64,000 nucleotides of DNA, taken from assembly GCA_963729895.1 (NCBI GenBank), contig CAVSQB010000013.1:19125-83124 (forward strand). Reading direction: 5' to 3'. Numbering within the stretch: the first letter of the stretch is position 1; every line of letters starts with the position of its first letter. A program made the position numbers and the translations under genes. The DNA comes from an uncultured Fibrobacterota bacterium (GTDB lineage: Bacteria; Fibrobacterota; Chitinivibrionia; Chitinivibrionales; FEN-1185). Below are positions 9,887-20,603 of the stretch, in pieces. The notes beneath the pieces were generated by a model, which did not search any database, was not told the origin of the DNA, and worked only from the letters and a program-made list of their open reading frames with translations.

Positions 9887-11055
9887 TCTGTCAACCCTCT
9901 CTCATTCATTGCCTGTTGTACCTCGGTCACGGAAAATCCAAGGTTCACCAACGCGGCCTTCGCTGAACTGGGAATCTTCTTAGCTACCGCCACCGCATAG
10001 TTTTTGAATTCGAGGCGTTTTGGATAATTGCTCCGCACTGCGCCGAAATACTTGCCGCGCCTTGAAGAATCCAGCAAAACGATCTTTCGAAACAACGAAT
10101 CGTCTTTCAAAATAGGGTATGCTTTCAAAACAGCTTCGGCAAGCGTATCCATTTCGCCATTCAGCACGATTTGCCTGGATTGGTAATTGTCGCGGGCCAG
10201 CGGGGGCCGCCATCTTCTTTGCTGGGAGAAGAAAGCGCAGGCAGCCTCATAGATCATTTCGGTACCCCTCACCTTGCCGTCGTAAGAATAGCCGGCGATG
10301 TGCGGCGTGGCAAGATCGCATACCGCAATGGTTTCAGGGGCCGGTTCCGGTTCGTTATTCCATACGTCGAGTACCACGCAACCCAGGCTTTTTCTGTCGC
10401 TTATGAGCGAGGCTTCGTGGAGAACATCGCCTCGGCTCGTGTTCACGAGGAACGCCCCCTTTTTCATGGACGCAATGAATTCGGCGTTCACCATGCGGTA
10501 CGTTGCGTCCGGGCCCTCGGTGGTAAGCGGCACGTGAATGGTGACAACATCCGACTCCTTGAGAACAGAGGTGAGCGGCAGATACAGATCGCTGCCCGAA
10601 AGAGCTTTCTTGGGCGGATCGTTGAGCAGGCAACGCATTCCCAAGGCGCGGCCTAGAGAAAGTACCCTGGTTCCCACGTCGCCAACGCCGACAATTCCGA
10701 GCGTTTTGCCCCCAAGTTTTGTGCCTCTCTTTCCCGCACAGTGGAGGAGTGCGGCGACAACGTATTCGGCCACCGAATTCGCATTTGATCCCGGTGCATG
10801 AGCAAACCCCCTGCGGCTGTCTCTCAGGTATGCGAGATCCACATGGTCGGTGCCGGTTGTTGCGCTTGCCACGAACTTGACGGATGTGCCATCGAGAAGA
10901 TCTCGATTGACAGGCGTAACCGACCGTACCAGGAGCACATCGATGTCTTTGAGCCTGTCCCGGGTTATATCGCACCCTTCTACGGCAGACACTTCTCCGA
11001 ACTGGCCAAAAGCCTCCTTACCGAAAAGGATATTCACATCAGCGAGAATTTTCAT
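9883..11055 (-). CDS. pdxB: 4-phosphoerythronate dehydrogenase
   Basis: MKILAD, LLVRSVT, APGSNANSVAEY and TPHIAGYSYDGK motifs; ATGA overlap with gnd. Confidence 0.9.
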   Translation of the reverse strand: MKILADVNILFGKEAFGQFGEVSAVEGCDITRDRLKDIDVLLVRSVTPVNRDLLDGTSVKFVASATTGTDHVDLAYLRDSRRGFAHAPGSNANSVAEYVVAALLHCAGKRGTKLGGKTLGIVGVGDVGTRVLSLGRALGMRCLLNDPPKKALSGSDLYLPLTSVLKESDVVTIHVPLTTEGPDATYRMVNAEFIASMKKGAFLVNTSRGDVLHEASLISDRKSLGCVVLDVWNNEPEPAPETIAVCDLATPHIAGYSYDGKVRGTEMIYEAACAFFSQQRRWRPPLARDNYQSRQIVLNGEMDTLAEAVLKAYPILKDDSLFRKIVLLDSSRRGKYFGAVRSNYPKRLEFKNYAVAVAKKIPSSAKAALVNLGFSVTEVQQAMNERGLTE

Positions 11056-11239
11056 GAGGTCCCGTGACACTGCCCCTATTCAGGAGGTGCGGAAAAGAGC
11101 CGGGGAACAATCTTTTGTAAAAATAAACGATTGTTCCTCTGCGCAAACAGATTTATCCTGAACGCAAAAACATATATTTCTGTCGGGCGCGGGTGATGTC
11201 CCGGCTGCCCCACACGGCCCTCGCGGACAAACTCACACT

Positions 11240-13000
11240 ATGAATGCAGCACAAACGATGCCAACCACTCCCGCTCCTTTGTACGATCCAAATAGCCCGT
11301 CCTCGCTTGAAAAGTACTCGTCGGCCATCACGTTGTCCGACATGGAAGTTTTTATTTTCCCCGAGCTCCTTTTCGCGCTTGTGCTTGCCAACATCATGTC
11401 TCCTGCACTGTGGAGGTGGAAAGACGATTCCTGGTTTGCCGGCGTTGATGCGCTCAACCAATACCGGAGACTTTTACGCGCGAAACAATATATTATCGAC
11501 AAATTCTCGTTTAACCTCGATCTCGACACCTGGGGCCTCACAACCAAGGAAAAAGAACTTGCGCGGTTTTCTTCGTTCATAAGCCAGGAAGCGCTTGCAC
11601 AAAGCAATGCGTTGTTCGGGTATGAAGGCGACAAATACTATTTCAACATCGATATCCGCCGGCACTTCGGGCTCGACAAATACACATCGGACGTAATTCC
11701 CTATTGGAAGACGGAAACCATTGAAGCCATGGAGGCTTTTCGCCACAAGCAGGGATATTCCGGAGGGGCGGGCGAATGCGTGTCGTTGTCAACGCTTTAT
11801 GCGAGCGCACTGTTCGTGGTGGCGCGCGTTCCCCTCGAACAGATATACCTCATGGCAACGCCCCTTCATTCGCAAAACTTCGTTGACATCAATGATGGCA
11901 TAATTACAAACAACCGGCGGATCGTCACCAGGAACATGTGGTTTAACGGGACCGAACTCAGCGAAAAATCGCGGCGTGCGCTCTTGCACGAACGCGTTAC
12001 CGTTGTGGCGCACCACACGGGACACATTCACACGCTTTACGATAAGGCAACCATGTCCCGGCCGGCCTACGCTCATTTCAAGGATAAACTATCCAAGTTT
12101 CTCACAACAGACATCGATTTCGAAATCCTCGCGAACTTTCTGCGGCAAAACAGCAACCTTCAAAAGTGTTTCCAAATCATCCACCACCTTGGAGGCAGGC
12201 CTCGTTACATTCAGGCCGAAAAAGTTTATTCGTACGAACATAACAGTAAGTTCAAGGTAAGCGACAACACCAGATCGCGTCTCCTCCAGGAAATAGACGA
12301 GGATGAATTCTATCCCGAGCCGCTTCCGGGTCGCCTGATGCTCCATGAAGTTGAGGATTATTTCAAGTCGAATCAGATATCCATCGATCGCGTTTCATCG
12401 CTTGACGGCCTTCGCGATCATCTGAGGCACAGTTGTTTCAATACGGAGGAGGTCATGAATGACCTAGTGGCTTTTTGCCGTATTGTACCCAAGCTTCCTG
12501 CAGAAGACAAGACATGGGCCGATCAACGGCCGATTGAGATCGACGTCACCTGGGGACGGGAACGAATCGTTGAGTATCTCGAATCAATTCGCTCCGATAA
12601 TCCCGTTGCCGATCTCGCGTTTGCCGCATTTCGTGACTTAAAACGCAGCCCGTGGAAGCCCTTTCTCAAGGCCGCCCTCGAACGAAATCCCGTGAGTATT
12701 TCCGGCGCATCGAACCTTGACATTCAGGATGCGGCGCTGGCCCTGTCTCGAATGTCCAACGAGTCCATTTACGACGGAAGTCGCATGGCACAACCGGATG
12801 AGGTATGGAACTATGGCCGGGGCGACGGAATGGAAAAAGCGATTTGCCTTCTCAACATCATCCGCAGCAGGCGGCCGGGCAGGAACTCGCTAATTCGCGG
12901 GGACGGAAAGCGGATGCTAGTTTCGGACGGAAACAAAGAATACGAGTTTGAGAGCGTCAAAGGACTTGACCTGCCTCAAGAGAAAGATTTTGTTTGGTGA
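11240..13000 (+). CDS. Conserved hypothetical protein, possibly with a transglutaminase-like Cys/His core
   Basis: 586-aa ORF with normal composition; GECVSLSTL followed 30 aa later by PLHSQNFVD. Confidence 0.8.
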   Translation: MNAAQTMPTTPAPLYDPNSPSSLEKYSSAITLSDMEVFIFPELLFALVLANIMSPALWRWKDDSWFAGVDALNQYRRLLRAKQYIIDKFSFNLDLDTWGLTTKEKELARFSSFISQEALAQSNALFGYEGDKYYFNIDIRRHFGLDKYTSDVIPYWKTETIEAMEAFRHKQGYSGGAGECVSLSTLYASALFVVARVPLEQIYLMATPLHSQNFVDINDGIITNNRRIVTRNMWFNGTELSEKSRRALLHERVTVVAHHTGHIHTLYDKATMSRPAYAHFKDKLSKFLTTDIDFEILANFLRQNSNLQKCFQIIHHLGGRPRYIQAEKVYSYEHNSKFKVSDNTRSRLLQEIDEDEFYPEPLPGRLMLHEVEDYFKSNQISIDRVSSLDGLRDHLRHSCFNTEEVMNDLVAFCRIVPKLPAEDKTWADQRPIEIDVTWGRERIVEYLESIRSDNPVADLAFAAFRDLKRSPWKPFLKAALERNPVSISGASNLDIQDAALALSRMSNESIYDGSRMAQPDEVWNYGRGDGMEKAICLLNIIRSRRPGRNSLIRGDGKRMLVSDGNKEYEFESVKGLDLPQEKDFVW

Positions 13001-13012
13001 ATGGAGACCGCC

Positions 13013-15298
13013 TCACTTTGCTGCTTTGGAAAGCATTTCCCCCAATTCTTTCTGGTTCTTAACCGCAAGAACCTCTCTGTTATTGACAAGAGCTTCAATC
13101 GGCTCTTTCATGCCAAGTTCCTCGACGTCCTTCCGGTGCTCGGCAAGCAGCGAGGAACTTTTCTCGACCAGCTGCACGAATTGGTCAACGTTTATCCCGA
13201 GTTTCTTGCAGTCTGTAAACCAGTACGACATGGTGGTGCGTTCGGCAAAAAGCTCCAAGTACCGGTGGAACAATGCCGGGTACTTGCGCAACATCACAAG
13301 CCACCGAAGCGCCTCCTCGCTGCGTAACGATTCTTCCGCCTGTGCGCCGACGCTGTCCGATGCACCGAAGTCAAGCGGCAGAACCCGGATCCTGGCATTG
13401 TTCTTTGCAGCGGCAAGAACGATCCTGATTGCGTCCCTGGTGCCCGGAAATACCGGGTCCGCATAGAGGGTAAACAACGGCGCTTCCAGCGTGCGCTTAT
13501 AAAAATACGACGGCTTCACCATGCCTTTCTTGAATGCAAACTTGTCCCGCGCTGGTACGAGCGCGGGCTCGATGCTGGGGTAATTAGCCGTTTTGATGAC
13601 GGCTCTATCGAAGATAAAAAAGGGCAAAAACGAAGGGTCATAATCGGCAAGGAATGCCTTCCCCTTCGCCGAGCCCACGCGGACCGTGTCGACAACCACG
13701 CCGGGGAATTCGTCGGCAATGCCGGCCAGAACGCTGGTTTCCGGATGAGAAAGCGCGGAATCGGCCACAAGCGCCGTGAGCGTGAACCGTACCGCGTCTG
13801 CATATTCGCACACGGCCTTGGTGCCTTTGCGCGAAACGCATGCTCCGGTCTTGCCGGGCTTCTTGCAGTCCTGATCGGAAAAACACTCCGGAATCGAATC
13901 GCAGTACCTTGAGGCGCCTTCTTTGCTTCTGCACAGAAGTTTTGCAAGCCGCGGTTTCGAAATCTCGCCGGAAAAAGATGCATTGTTGATCAACAGGGTC
14001 GGCGAGGCATTAATGCCCATGCGCATCGACCGGGTATAATGCAACGCAAGTTCGGCGCGTCCTTTCCTGGCAGCCCACGCTTTGATCCTGGGCAAATCGA
14101 GCCCCAGTGATCGAATGACCGCTTCGGTCTTAACACTCTCCGAAAACGAGCGTGCCTTAAGAAATTCGAGCCACGCACCCGGATAAACAGCCTGCACCGA
14201 CAGCCACAAAAGCTCATCGTCAAGCTCGTCGGCACCATGCAAGGATGACATGGAGCCATCTATGGAAACCGTTCCGATAAACCAGACATGCCACTCGACG
14301 GCGGGAAACATCGTGACAATGGAAACCAAGTCCCTAAGCGCGGCGCACCCGAATTGGCATTGCGACATGATGTACAAGTCGAACACAGTCTTCGTGCGGG
14401 AACCCTCGCCCTGCGACGGCAGCGTAATCAGATTTTCGACAACCGGATCGTCCGGGATTTCCGGTCCCACGTCAAGCCAGCCGTTGCGCGTAATCCCGAG
14501 CCCTTTGCTGTCCCTGCCGATTTCCGCAAAGGAAAGCGCCTTGCCCTGGAACCCGAACTGCAGCATCACCTGCCCCTGCGGCGTGATGAATTCCTCGGTA
14601 GAGCTTTTTCTGTGCCCGTTTACAACAAGTCCGCATTCCGGAAAGGTGTCGAGCAATTCGCGGCTCAACTCCTCTCCAAGATGAGCAAGTATGATCTGGA
14701 AATCGGATTTTCCCCTGAGCTCCTTCCATATCTTCCGGATCGCGGAAACCGGCTGCTGGACAATAACGGAATCGTCTCGAGATACCAGGCGTTCCTGCGT
14801 TGTCACCCCGGTTATGCCGAGCGAGTACGCGCCTCTCCGGACAATAACATAAGGCGCCGCAAGAGAACGGCCGTCCGGCAGGAAACAGTTGGCGGAAACG
14901 AGCGGAACTCTTGCAGCAGCGGCCTGTGATGCCAGCCAGCGCGTGCCGAATTGAAGATCGTCGTCGCCGATGCACACGGCGTCATACTTCATGTATCCCA
15001 TGGCGCGAAGCGCGGCAAGAGTCCTGAGGGAATCGCCTGCTCTGCCGCGTGTGTACGAATCGTACAAACCCCCGCCCGAGAAGCCTCCCGCGTCGACAAG
15101 AACGATGTCGTCCGAGTCCCGCAACGCGGAAATCAGGCTCGCGCGTTTTGCAAAACCGCCTCCCGGCGACGTCGGACAATCGCATGCGTCAAGAGTTGCG
15201 TGCGTTTCGCCCGATGCAACAACGGTCACTTTCTTTTGCACCCCTGCAGGAGAAAGGGCGCCGACTAGAATAGTGAAAAGGACGACCAGACGCTGCAT
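13013..15298 (-). CDS. Exported multidomain protein: 5'-nucleotidase/metallophosphoesterase-like domain, thioredoxin-like domain and Cys-rich segment
   Basis: Signal peptide; GETHATLDACDCP..GGGFAKR, VDAGGF, VSAN, LAH and NGH motifs; LYIMSQCQFG...GINASPTLLIN; start may be 15346. Confidence 0.8.
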   Translation of the reverse strand: MQRLVVLFTILVGALSPAGVQKKVTVVASGETHATLDACDCPTSPGGGFAKRASLISALRDSDDIVLVDAGGFSGGGLYDSYTRGRAGDSLRTLAALRAMGYMKYDAVCIGDDDLQFGTRWLASQAAAARVPLVSANCFLPDGRSLAAPYVIVRRGAYSLGITGVTTQERLVSRDDSVIVQQPVSAIRKIWKELRGKSDFQIILAHLGEELSRELLDTFPECGLVVNGHRKSSTEEFITPQGQVMLQFGFQGKALSFAEIGRDSKGLGITRNGWLDVGPEIPDDPVVENLITLPSQGEGSRTKTVFDLYIMSQCQFGCAALRDLVSIVTMFPAVEWHVWFIGTVSIDGSMSSLHGADELDDELLWLSVQAVYPGAWLEFLKARSFSESVKTEAVIRSLGLDLPRIKAWAARKGRAELALHYTRSMRMGINASPTLLINNASFSGEISKPRLAKLLCRSKEGASRYCDSIPECFSDQDCKKPGKTGACVSRKGTKAVCEYADAVRFTLTALVADSALSHPETSVLAGIADEFPGVVVDTVRVGSAKGKAFLADYDPSFLPFFIFDRAVIKTANYPSIEPALVPARDKFAFKKGMVKPSYFYKRTLEAPLFTLYADPVFPGTRDAIRIVLAAAKNNARIRVLPLDFGASDSVGAQAEESLRSEEALRWLVMLRKYPALFHRYLELFAERTTMSYWFTDCKKLGINVDQFVQLVEKSSSLLAEHRKDVEELGMKEPIEALVNNREVLAVKNQKELGEMLSKAAK

Positions 15299-15450
15299 AG
15301 CATGTTTTCCGTGGGGAGGTTCCGACGCACTTGAAAATATCGACATACAAAAATAACTCTGCTGCCGGCTCCCATGCCATCACTATTGAGCCATGTCTTG
15401 CCGTGCTCGCGTTGTGTACAGGCTGCGGGCTCCGCCGGTAACTGATTCTC

Positions 15451-15478
15451 TTGACATTATGACCCGGTAAACTATTTT
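15451..15478 (+). promoter_or_regulatory. Sigma70-like promoter for trpB2
   Basis: TTGACA-16 bp-TATTTT upstream of the AAGGAG RBS. Confidence 0.55.
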
Positions 15479-15534
15479 ATTGCTGTCATGTCCGCTTCGC
15501 ACATCCGTTCAAATGAACCATAAAAGGAGAGCGT

Positions 15535-16935
15535 ATGCCGATCAAACTGCCCGTAAAAATTCTTCTGAATGACGATGAAATCCCCCGCCAATGGTACAAC
15601 CTGGCTGCCGATCTTCCTTCTCCAATGCAGCCTCCGCTCGGACCGGACGGAAACCCGCTCACACCCGAAGCCCTCGGCGCGGTATTCCCCATGAACCTTA
15701 TCGAGCAGGAGGTGAGCCAGGAGCGCTGGATCACTATTCCCGCGGAGATTATCGACATCCTTTACAGATGGCGTCCCTCGCCCCTCAAACGGGCGGTATA
15801 CCTCGAACAGGCGCTCGGGACTCCGGCAAAAATCTACTACAAGGACGAAAGCGTTTCCCCTGCCGGAAGCCACAAGCCGAATACGGCAGTTCCCCAGGTC
15901 TGGTACAACAAGCAATTCGGCACAAAGACCATCACGACCGAAACCGGGGCCGGTCAATGGGGCAGCGCACTGGCGTTTTCCTGCTCCCTGCTCGGGTTGA
16001 AGTGCAAAGTATTCATGGTGCGCATCAGTTTCGAGCAGAAGCCGTTCAGAAAGATCATGATGGAAACATGGGGCGGGAAATGCATCGCAAGCCCGAGTTC
16101 CGAAACGGAGGCGGGTAGAAGTTTTCTCAAGAAAGACCCGAACACGCCCGGCAGCCTTGGAATTGCCATCAGTGAAGCAGTGGAGGCCGCGGTGACCGAC
16201 AAAACGGGGTCCACCAAGTATTCGCTGGGCAGCGTGCTCAATCATGTGCTTCTGCATCAAACCATTATCGGGCTCGAAGCGAAGAAACAGCTGCAGAAAG
16301 TGGGGATCAAGAAGCCCGACGTGGTGATCGCCTGCGCGGGCGGCGGAAGTAATTTCGGCGGTCTCGCATTCCCGTTTGTCGCCGACAAGATCGCGGGCGC
16401 CGCTATCGACATCATCCCCGTGGAGCCTGCCTCCTGCCCCACCATGACGCGAGGCATTTTCACCTATGATTTCGGTGATTCCGCCGGCATGACGCCGCTG
16501 CTTCCCATGCACACGCTCGGCCACAATTTTATTCCCGAACCCATCCACGCAGGCGGGCTGCGCTACCACGGCATGGCTCCGCTCGTTTCTCAGGCGATAG
16601 TGGAAGGCTTGGTGCGACCGAGGGCCATCAACCAGACCGAGTGCTTCAAGGCGGCCATGAAATGGGCCAACACCGAGGGAATGATCATCGCCCCGGAAAC
16701 AAGCCATGCCGTCGCCGCCGTGATTCAGGAGGCGCTCAAGGCAAAAGAGGAAGGCAAAGAAAAGGTCATTCTTTTCAACTTAAGCGGTCACGGCCACATG
16801 GACCTCATGGGCTATTCGAAATTTATGGAAGGCAAACTTTCGGATTGGGAGCTTCCCCAGAAGAATATCGAAGATGCGGAGAAAGATCTAAAGGAACTGC
16901 CGAAAGCGAAGGCCGTGAAAACGGGGAAGTGGTAA
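15535..16935 (+). CDS. trpB: TrpB2-type (stand-alone) tryptophan synthase beta
   Basis: IPRQWYNL, SPAGSHKPN (PLP lysine), TETGAGQWG and NLSGHG motifs; no trpA nearby. Confidence 0.93.
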   Translation: MPIKLPVKILLNDDEIPRQWYNLAADLPSPMQPPLGPDGNPLTPEALGAVFPMNLIEQEVSQERWITIPAEIIDILYRWRPSPLKRAVYLEQALGTPAKIYYKDESVSPAGSHKPNTAVPQVWYNKQFGTKTITTETGAGQWGSALAFSCSLLGLKCKVFMVRISFEQKPFRKIMMETWGGKCIASPSSETEAGRSFLKKDPNTPGSLGIAISEAVEAAVTDKTGSTKYSLGSVLNHVLLHQTIIGLEAKKQLQKVGIKKPDVVIACAGGGSNFGGLAFPFVADKIAGAAIDIIPVEPASCPTMTRGIFTYDFGDSAGMTPLLPMHTLGHNFIPEPIHAGGLRYHGMAPLVSQAIVEGLVRPRAINQTECFKAAMKWANTEGMIIAPETSHAVAAVIQEALKAKEEGKEKVILFNLSGHGHMDLMGYSKFMEGKLSDWELPQKNIEDAEKDLKELPKAKAVKTGKW

Positions 16936-16964
16936 GGAAGTAGCAGCTGGTAAGCCGTATGATT

Positions 16965-17004
16965 ACGGAAGAGGCAACCGGGCAGAGCCGGTTGCCTCTT
17001 CCGT
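16965..17004. terminator. Hairpin between the convergent trpB2 and ugd genes
   Basis: Perfect 17-bp stem ACGGAAGAGGCAACCGG / CCGGTTGCCTCTTCCGT with a 6-nt loop. Confidence 0.85.
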
Positions 17005-17017
17005 CTTGTTAAGCAGA

Positions 17018-18403
17018 CTAATAATGCGTGAGCGGCCTCTTCCCCACCGGAAATACACTGAACCCAATCTCATGCAGCCGCCGGTGGTCCAGCACGTTGC
17101 GTCCGTCAAATATAAACGCAGGCTTCTCCATAGATTTGAATATCCGCTGGTAATCGAGTTTCTTGTATTCTTCCCATTCCGTGCACACCGCAATGGCGTG
17201 GGCTCCCCTTACCGCAATGTACGGATCGCGTTCGTATTCGATTTCGCCTTTGCAATCCGCAAGATCGATCTTGGCATTTGCCAGCGCCTTGGGATCGCTG
17301 ATCACCACATGGGCCTGTTCTTCCAAGAGCTTTTTAGTAACGTAGATGGCGGGTGATTCGCGGGTATCGCCGGTGTTTGCTTTGAACGCAAACCCGAGCA
17401 CGGCGATGCGTTTCTTGGCAATGGTATTAAACATTGCATGAATCATACCTCTCACAAAACGCGTCATCTGATAATCGTTGATTTTGACGACGTATTCCCA
17501 GTAATGGGCGACTTCGGAGAGGCCGTAATGCTCGCACAAGTAAACCAGATTCAGAATGTCCTTCTTAAAGCATGACCCGCCGAACCCAACGCTTGCACTC
17601 AGGAACTTGGAGCCGATACGGCTATCCTCGCCAATTGCATAGCCAACCTCGGCCACGTCTGCCTCGGTCTTCTCGCACAGCGCCGACATACTGTTGATGG
17701 AAGATATCCGTTGAGCAAGGAAAGCATTGGCGGCAAGTTTTGAAAGCTCTGCGCTCCACACGTTGCTCGTAATAATATTCTTTCTGTCAACCCAGTGGGC
17801 GTAGAGGTCAACCAGTTCTTTTCTGGCTGCAAGCCCTGTTGGAGTCTCCTGGGTTCCGATTAGCACACGATCCGGATCCAGGAGGTCTTTCACCGCACTC
17901 CCTTCAGCGAGGAATTCCGGGTTAGACGCCACTTCAAAATGGATGCCCTTGTTGTTCGCATTGAGAATTCGCTCCATCGCGTGTGCGGTGCGAACCGGAA
18001 GCGTGCTTTTCTCCACGATGATCTTGTCGGACTGCGACGCCTTGACAATGTTTCTCGCAGTTTTCTCCCAGTACTGGAGATCCGGGGCCTTGCCCGCTCC
18101 TTCGCCGAAAGTCTTGGTAGGGGTATTGACCGAAACGAACAGGATGTCGGCCGTGCGGATTGCCGCGTCGATGTCGGTGGAAAAGAACAGGTTCCTGCCG
18201 CGGGCCTTCTTCACCATGTCGAGCAAGCCGGGTTCGTAGATTGGGAGGTCGTCGCTCTCCCACGCGGCGACACGCGAAGCATTGACGTCCACGACGGCTA
18301 CCTTGATATCAGGACACTTCGCCGCAATCACCGCCATAGTGGGCCCGCCAACATAGCCGGCGCCAATGCAGGTAACGTGTTTCCTAAATGTCTTTCTTGC
18401 CAT
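17018..18403 (-). CDS. ugd: UDP-glucose 6-dehydrogenase
   Basis: [30 protein letters not shown] and [12 protein letters not shown] motifs. Confidence 0.96.
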   Translation of the reverse strand: MARKTFRKHVTCIGAGYVGGPTMAVIAAKCPDIKVAVVDVNASRVAAWESDDLPIYEPGLLDMVKKARGRNLFFSTDIDAAIRTADILFVSVNTPTKTFGEGAGKAPDLQYWEKTARNIVKASQSDKIIVEKSTLPVRTAHAMERILNANNKGIHFEVASNPEFLAEGSAVKDLLDPDRVLIGTQETPTGLAARKELVDLYAHWVDRKNIITSNVWSAELSKLAANAFLAQRISSINSMSALCEKTEADVAEVGYAIGEDSRIGSKFLSASVGFGGSCFKKDILNLVYLCEHYGLSEVAHYWEYVVKINDYQMTRFVRGMIHAMFNTIAKKRIAVLGFAFKANTGDTRESPAIYVTKKLLEEQAHVVISDPKALANAKIDLADCKGEIEYERDPYIAVRGAHAIAVCTEWEEYKKLDYQRIFKSMEKPAFIFDGRNVLDHRRLHEIGFSVFPVGKRPLTHY

Positions 18404-18430
18404 GTGCGAATCTCCCTCTGAAGTGGCAGC

Positions 18431-19492
18431 CTATCGATTGAGAGCGCAAAAAACGATATCGGCAACGTCCCGCCGTACGGCGTCTATTGCCTGCGAATCC
18501 GGTCTCCTTTTCGGGAATGTGCAATTGGATAACAAAACCATTGCGGCCTGGCCGGGAATATTGCACATGCAAACGCACCCCGTAAATCCGGTCTTGCCGA
18601 TCGTGCTCTTCGGGCAACGTCTGCCCATATACCGATTCTGTTCGAGTTCCCAGCCAAGGCCGCCTTGCAATCCAAGATGGGCTATCTGGTTTGTTTGCAT
18701 CTGTTCAATGCAATGGCTGGAAAAATACCTTTTGCCTGCCCAAACACCATTGTTTAGGAGCATGTTCAAGAACCGCATGATGTCGGGAGCCGTGGAAAAC
18801 AATCCTGCAGATCCAGCCACCATGATTTTTCGAAGAACAAAGGCGCTTTCGTCGTGGACCTCCCCTTGCACCGCCTTTCCGCGCCATGGATCAATTTCCG
18901 TGGGAACAATCTCCTCTTTCGGAAATTGCTCGGGGAAAAACGATGTTCTTGCCATTCCAAGCGGCCCAAAGAATTTCCGCTGAGCGGTGACGGCCAGGCA
19001 TTCACCGTATATTTTTTCCACCACCATTCCAAGAAGTATGCTTGTCGCATTGGCATAGAAGAATGTCGAGCCTGGTTCGTCTGGAAATTCGGTCGACAGA
19101 ATGGCGTCAAGGATGCCTTGGGGGCCGCCGTCCTTGAGTGCGGAAAGCCGGAAATTGTAGTTGAGCGTCTGGGCAAGCAGATGACGGATGAGCACCTTTT
19201 CTCTATGAGAATTGCTGAATTCCGGCACATATTTTATCAGCGTATCGTTTAGATGAAGCCGGCCCCGGTCCAGACAACGCAGCGCCAGGCTCGATGTTGG
19301 AATAGCCTTTGTGACCGAGGCAACGTCGAAGATTGAATTCTCCCTCATTGGACGGGAATCCGCGTCGAACGTGTGGCGCCCGAAAGCCATCACCTTCGGC
19401 TCTTCCCGGTTCGCAACAAAACCTACCACGCACCCTGGGAATACCTTCTCTTCTATTGCCCGTAATATCCTTTCTGCGATTTGTTGGTTCAT
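18431..19492 (-). CDS. Serine hydrolase, beta-lactamase class C/esterase family (start trimmed to MNQQ)
   Basis: SxxK (ASVTK), YxN (YAN), GEVHDE and KTGFTG motifs. Confidence 0.88.
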   Translation of the reverse strand: MNQQIAERILRAIEEKVFPGCVVGFVANREEPKVMAFGRHTFDADSRPMRENSIFDVASVTKAIPTSSLALRCLDRGRLHLNDTLIKYVPEFSNSHREKVLIRHLLAQTLNYNFRLSALKDGGPQGILDAILSTEFPDEPGSTFFYANATSILLGMVVEKIYGECLAVTAQRKFFGPLGMARTSFFPEQFPKEEIVPTEIDPWRGKAVQGEVHDESAFVLRKIMVAGSAGLFSTAPDIMRFLNMLLNNGVWAGKRYFSSHCIEQMQTNQIAHLGLQGGLGWELEQNRYMGRRCPKSTIGKTGFTGCVCMCNIPGQAAMVLLSNCTFPKRRPDSQAIDAVRRDVADIVFCALNR

Positions 19493-19616
19493 GATGTGAT
19501 TGGCACACATCGTTTGTGCTCTGTAATCCGCAGAAGCAAAGCGAGGCACATCGACGGCAATTCCCGTGCAGGATTCAACAGAGTGAAAGTGGTTTCTTGT
19601 GAAAAGGCTGCAATGG

Positions 19617-20441
19617 TCAAACAGTGCCGGGCGGGATTGGTTCCTGGAGAGGAGCATCCGCCGCAGGCTCAGGCATGGTTTCCGGAAGCAAGGCCCCTTG
19701 TTGCTGGTCCGCAAGCGTTGTTTCCCGCGCAGGCTCTTTTATTTGCTGTGCGGATGTCGATTGTTCCTGCGCGGCATCCCCTGAAATATCTTCCTCTGCG
19801 TCGTCTTGAGCTAGCGCTTCATCGTAGGGAGACAGGCGCTTTGTCTCAGCCACATAGGAGTCGAGCATGTTCGGTTTTGAATTGAGATGTGAAAGGAGCT
19901 CCGAAGTGCTTTCGGGGGTGAGCATAATGCGGAGTTGTTTCGACACCTTGGCGTTGAATCCCCATACCTTAAGCCGGTCCGGCGAAACCTCAAACGCATC
20001 CTCCAAGGCCACAAATACCACCTTGTCGGCCCGCAGGGCGATGCACGTTGCAGAATCGATGCAGGAGTATTCGTTCAGATAACGCAAATGGAGCTTCTGC
20101 ACGTCGGCGGTTTTCGCAATGTGGTAGTATCCGGTGATCAGCATTTTGTCTTTGAATCCGTCCTTCGTTCCCGCGTATCTGGTGAGGAAGAACATATACC
20201 GGATCTTGCTCTTTGCAAATGCTCCCCTGATCTTCGTCCTGGAGCATCCATAAAACCCGTACGTGCCCGATTCATAGTTGGGTTCCGGGACCACCGGAGA
20301 GTCGGCGTCGTCGGGAATCTCCCTGATCGGAATCTCGGAAATGGGGTCCGACGAATAGTAAACAATCATTCCCGTGTTGGCCGCTCGATAGTCCTGCCAG
20401 AGAATGCTGTCTGGAGATTTCTGCATCATACCCGCGCTCAT
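19617..20441 (-). CDS. Hypothetical protein with an acidic, low-complexity C-terminal tail
   Basis: 274-aa ORF with an AAAGGA RBS; globular N-terminal part. Confidence 0.75.
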   Translation of the reverse strand: MSAGMMQKSPDSILWQDYRAANTGMIVYYSSDPISEIPIREIPDDADSPVVPEPNYESGTYGFYGCSRTKIRGAFAKSKIRYMFFLTRYAGTKDGFKDKMLITGYYHIAKTADVQKLHLRYLNEYSCIDSATCIALRADKVVFVALEDAFEVSPDRLKVWGFNAKVSKQLRIMLTPESTSELLSHLNSKPNMLDSYVAETKRLSPYDEALAQDDAEEDISGDAAQEQSTSAQQIKEPARETTLADQQQGALLPETMPEPAADAPLQEPIPPGTV

Positions 20442-20603
20442 GGTTCGTATCCTTTCAAATTGTCCTTAAGGTCTGCACGTGCACCGCACAAACGGAAAAG
20501 GTTCATCCGGTGTGCGTGCTGCAGAGCGAAGCTGATTTGCAATGATCGACGTGGTGGTGATTCTAACAGCGAGCGAATATCGTTTCTTTGAATGCGTCGT
20601 AGT

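Noticed and set aside
15176..15184. Selenocysteine in the CxC motif
   Set aside because: Both codons are Cys (TGC, TGT); no in-frame TGA
16930..16950. GGAAGTAGCAGC resembling the SRP RNA motif
   Set aside because: No flanking SRP helix or CAGG partner; overlaps the trpB2 stop
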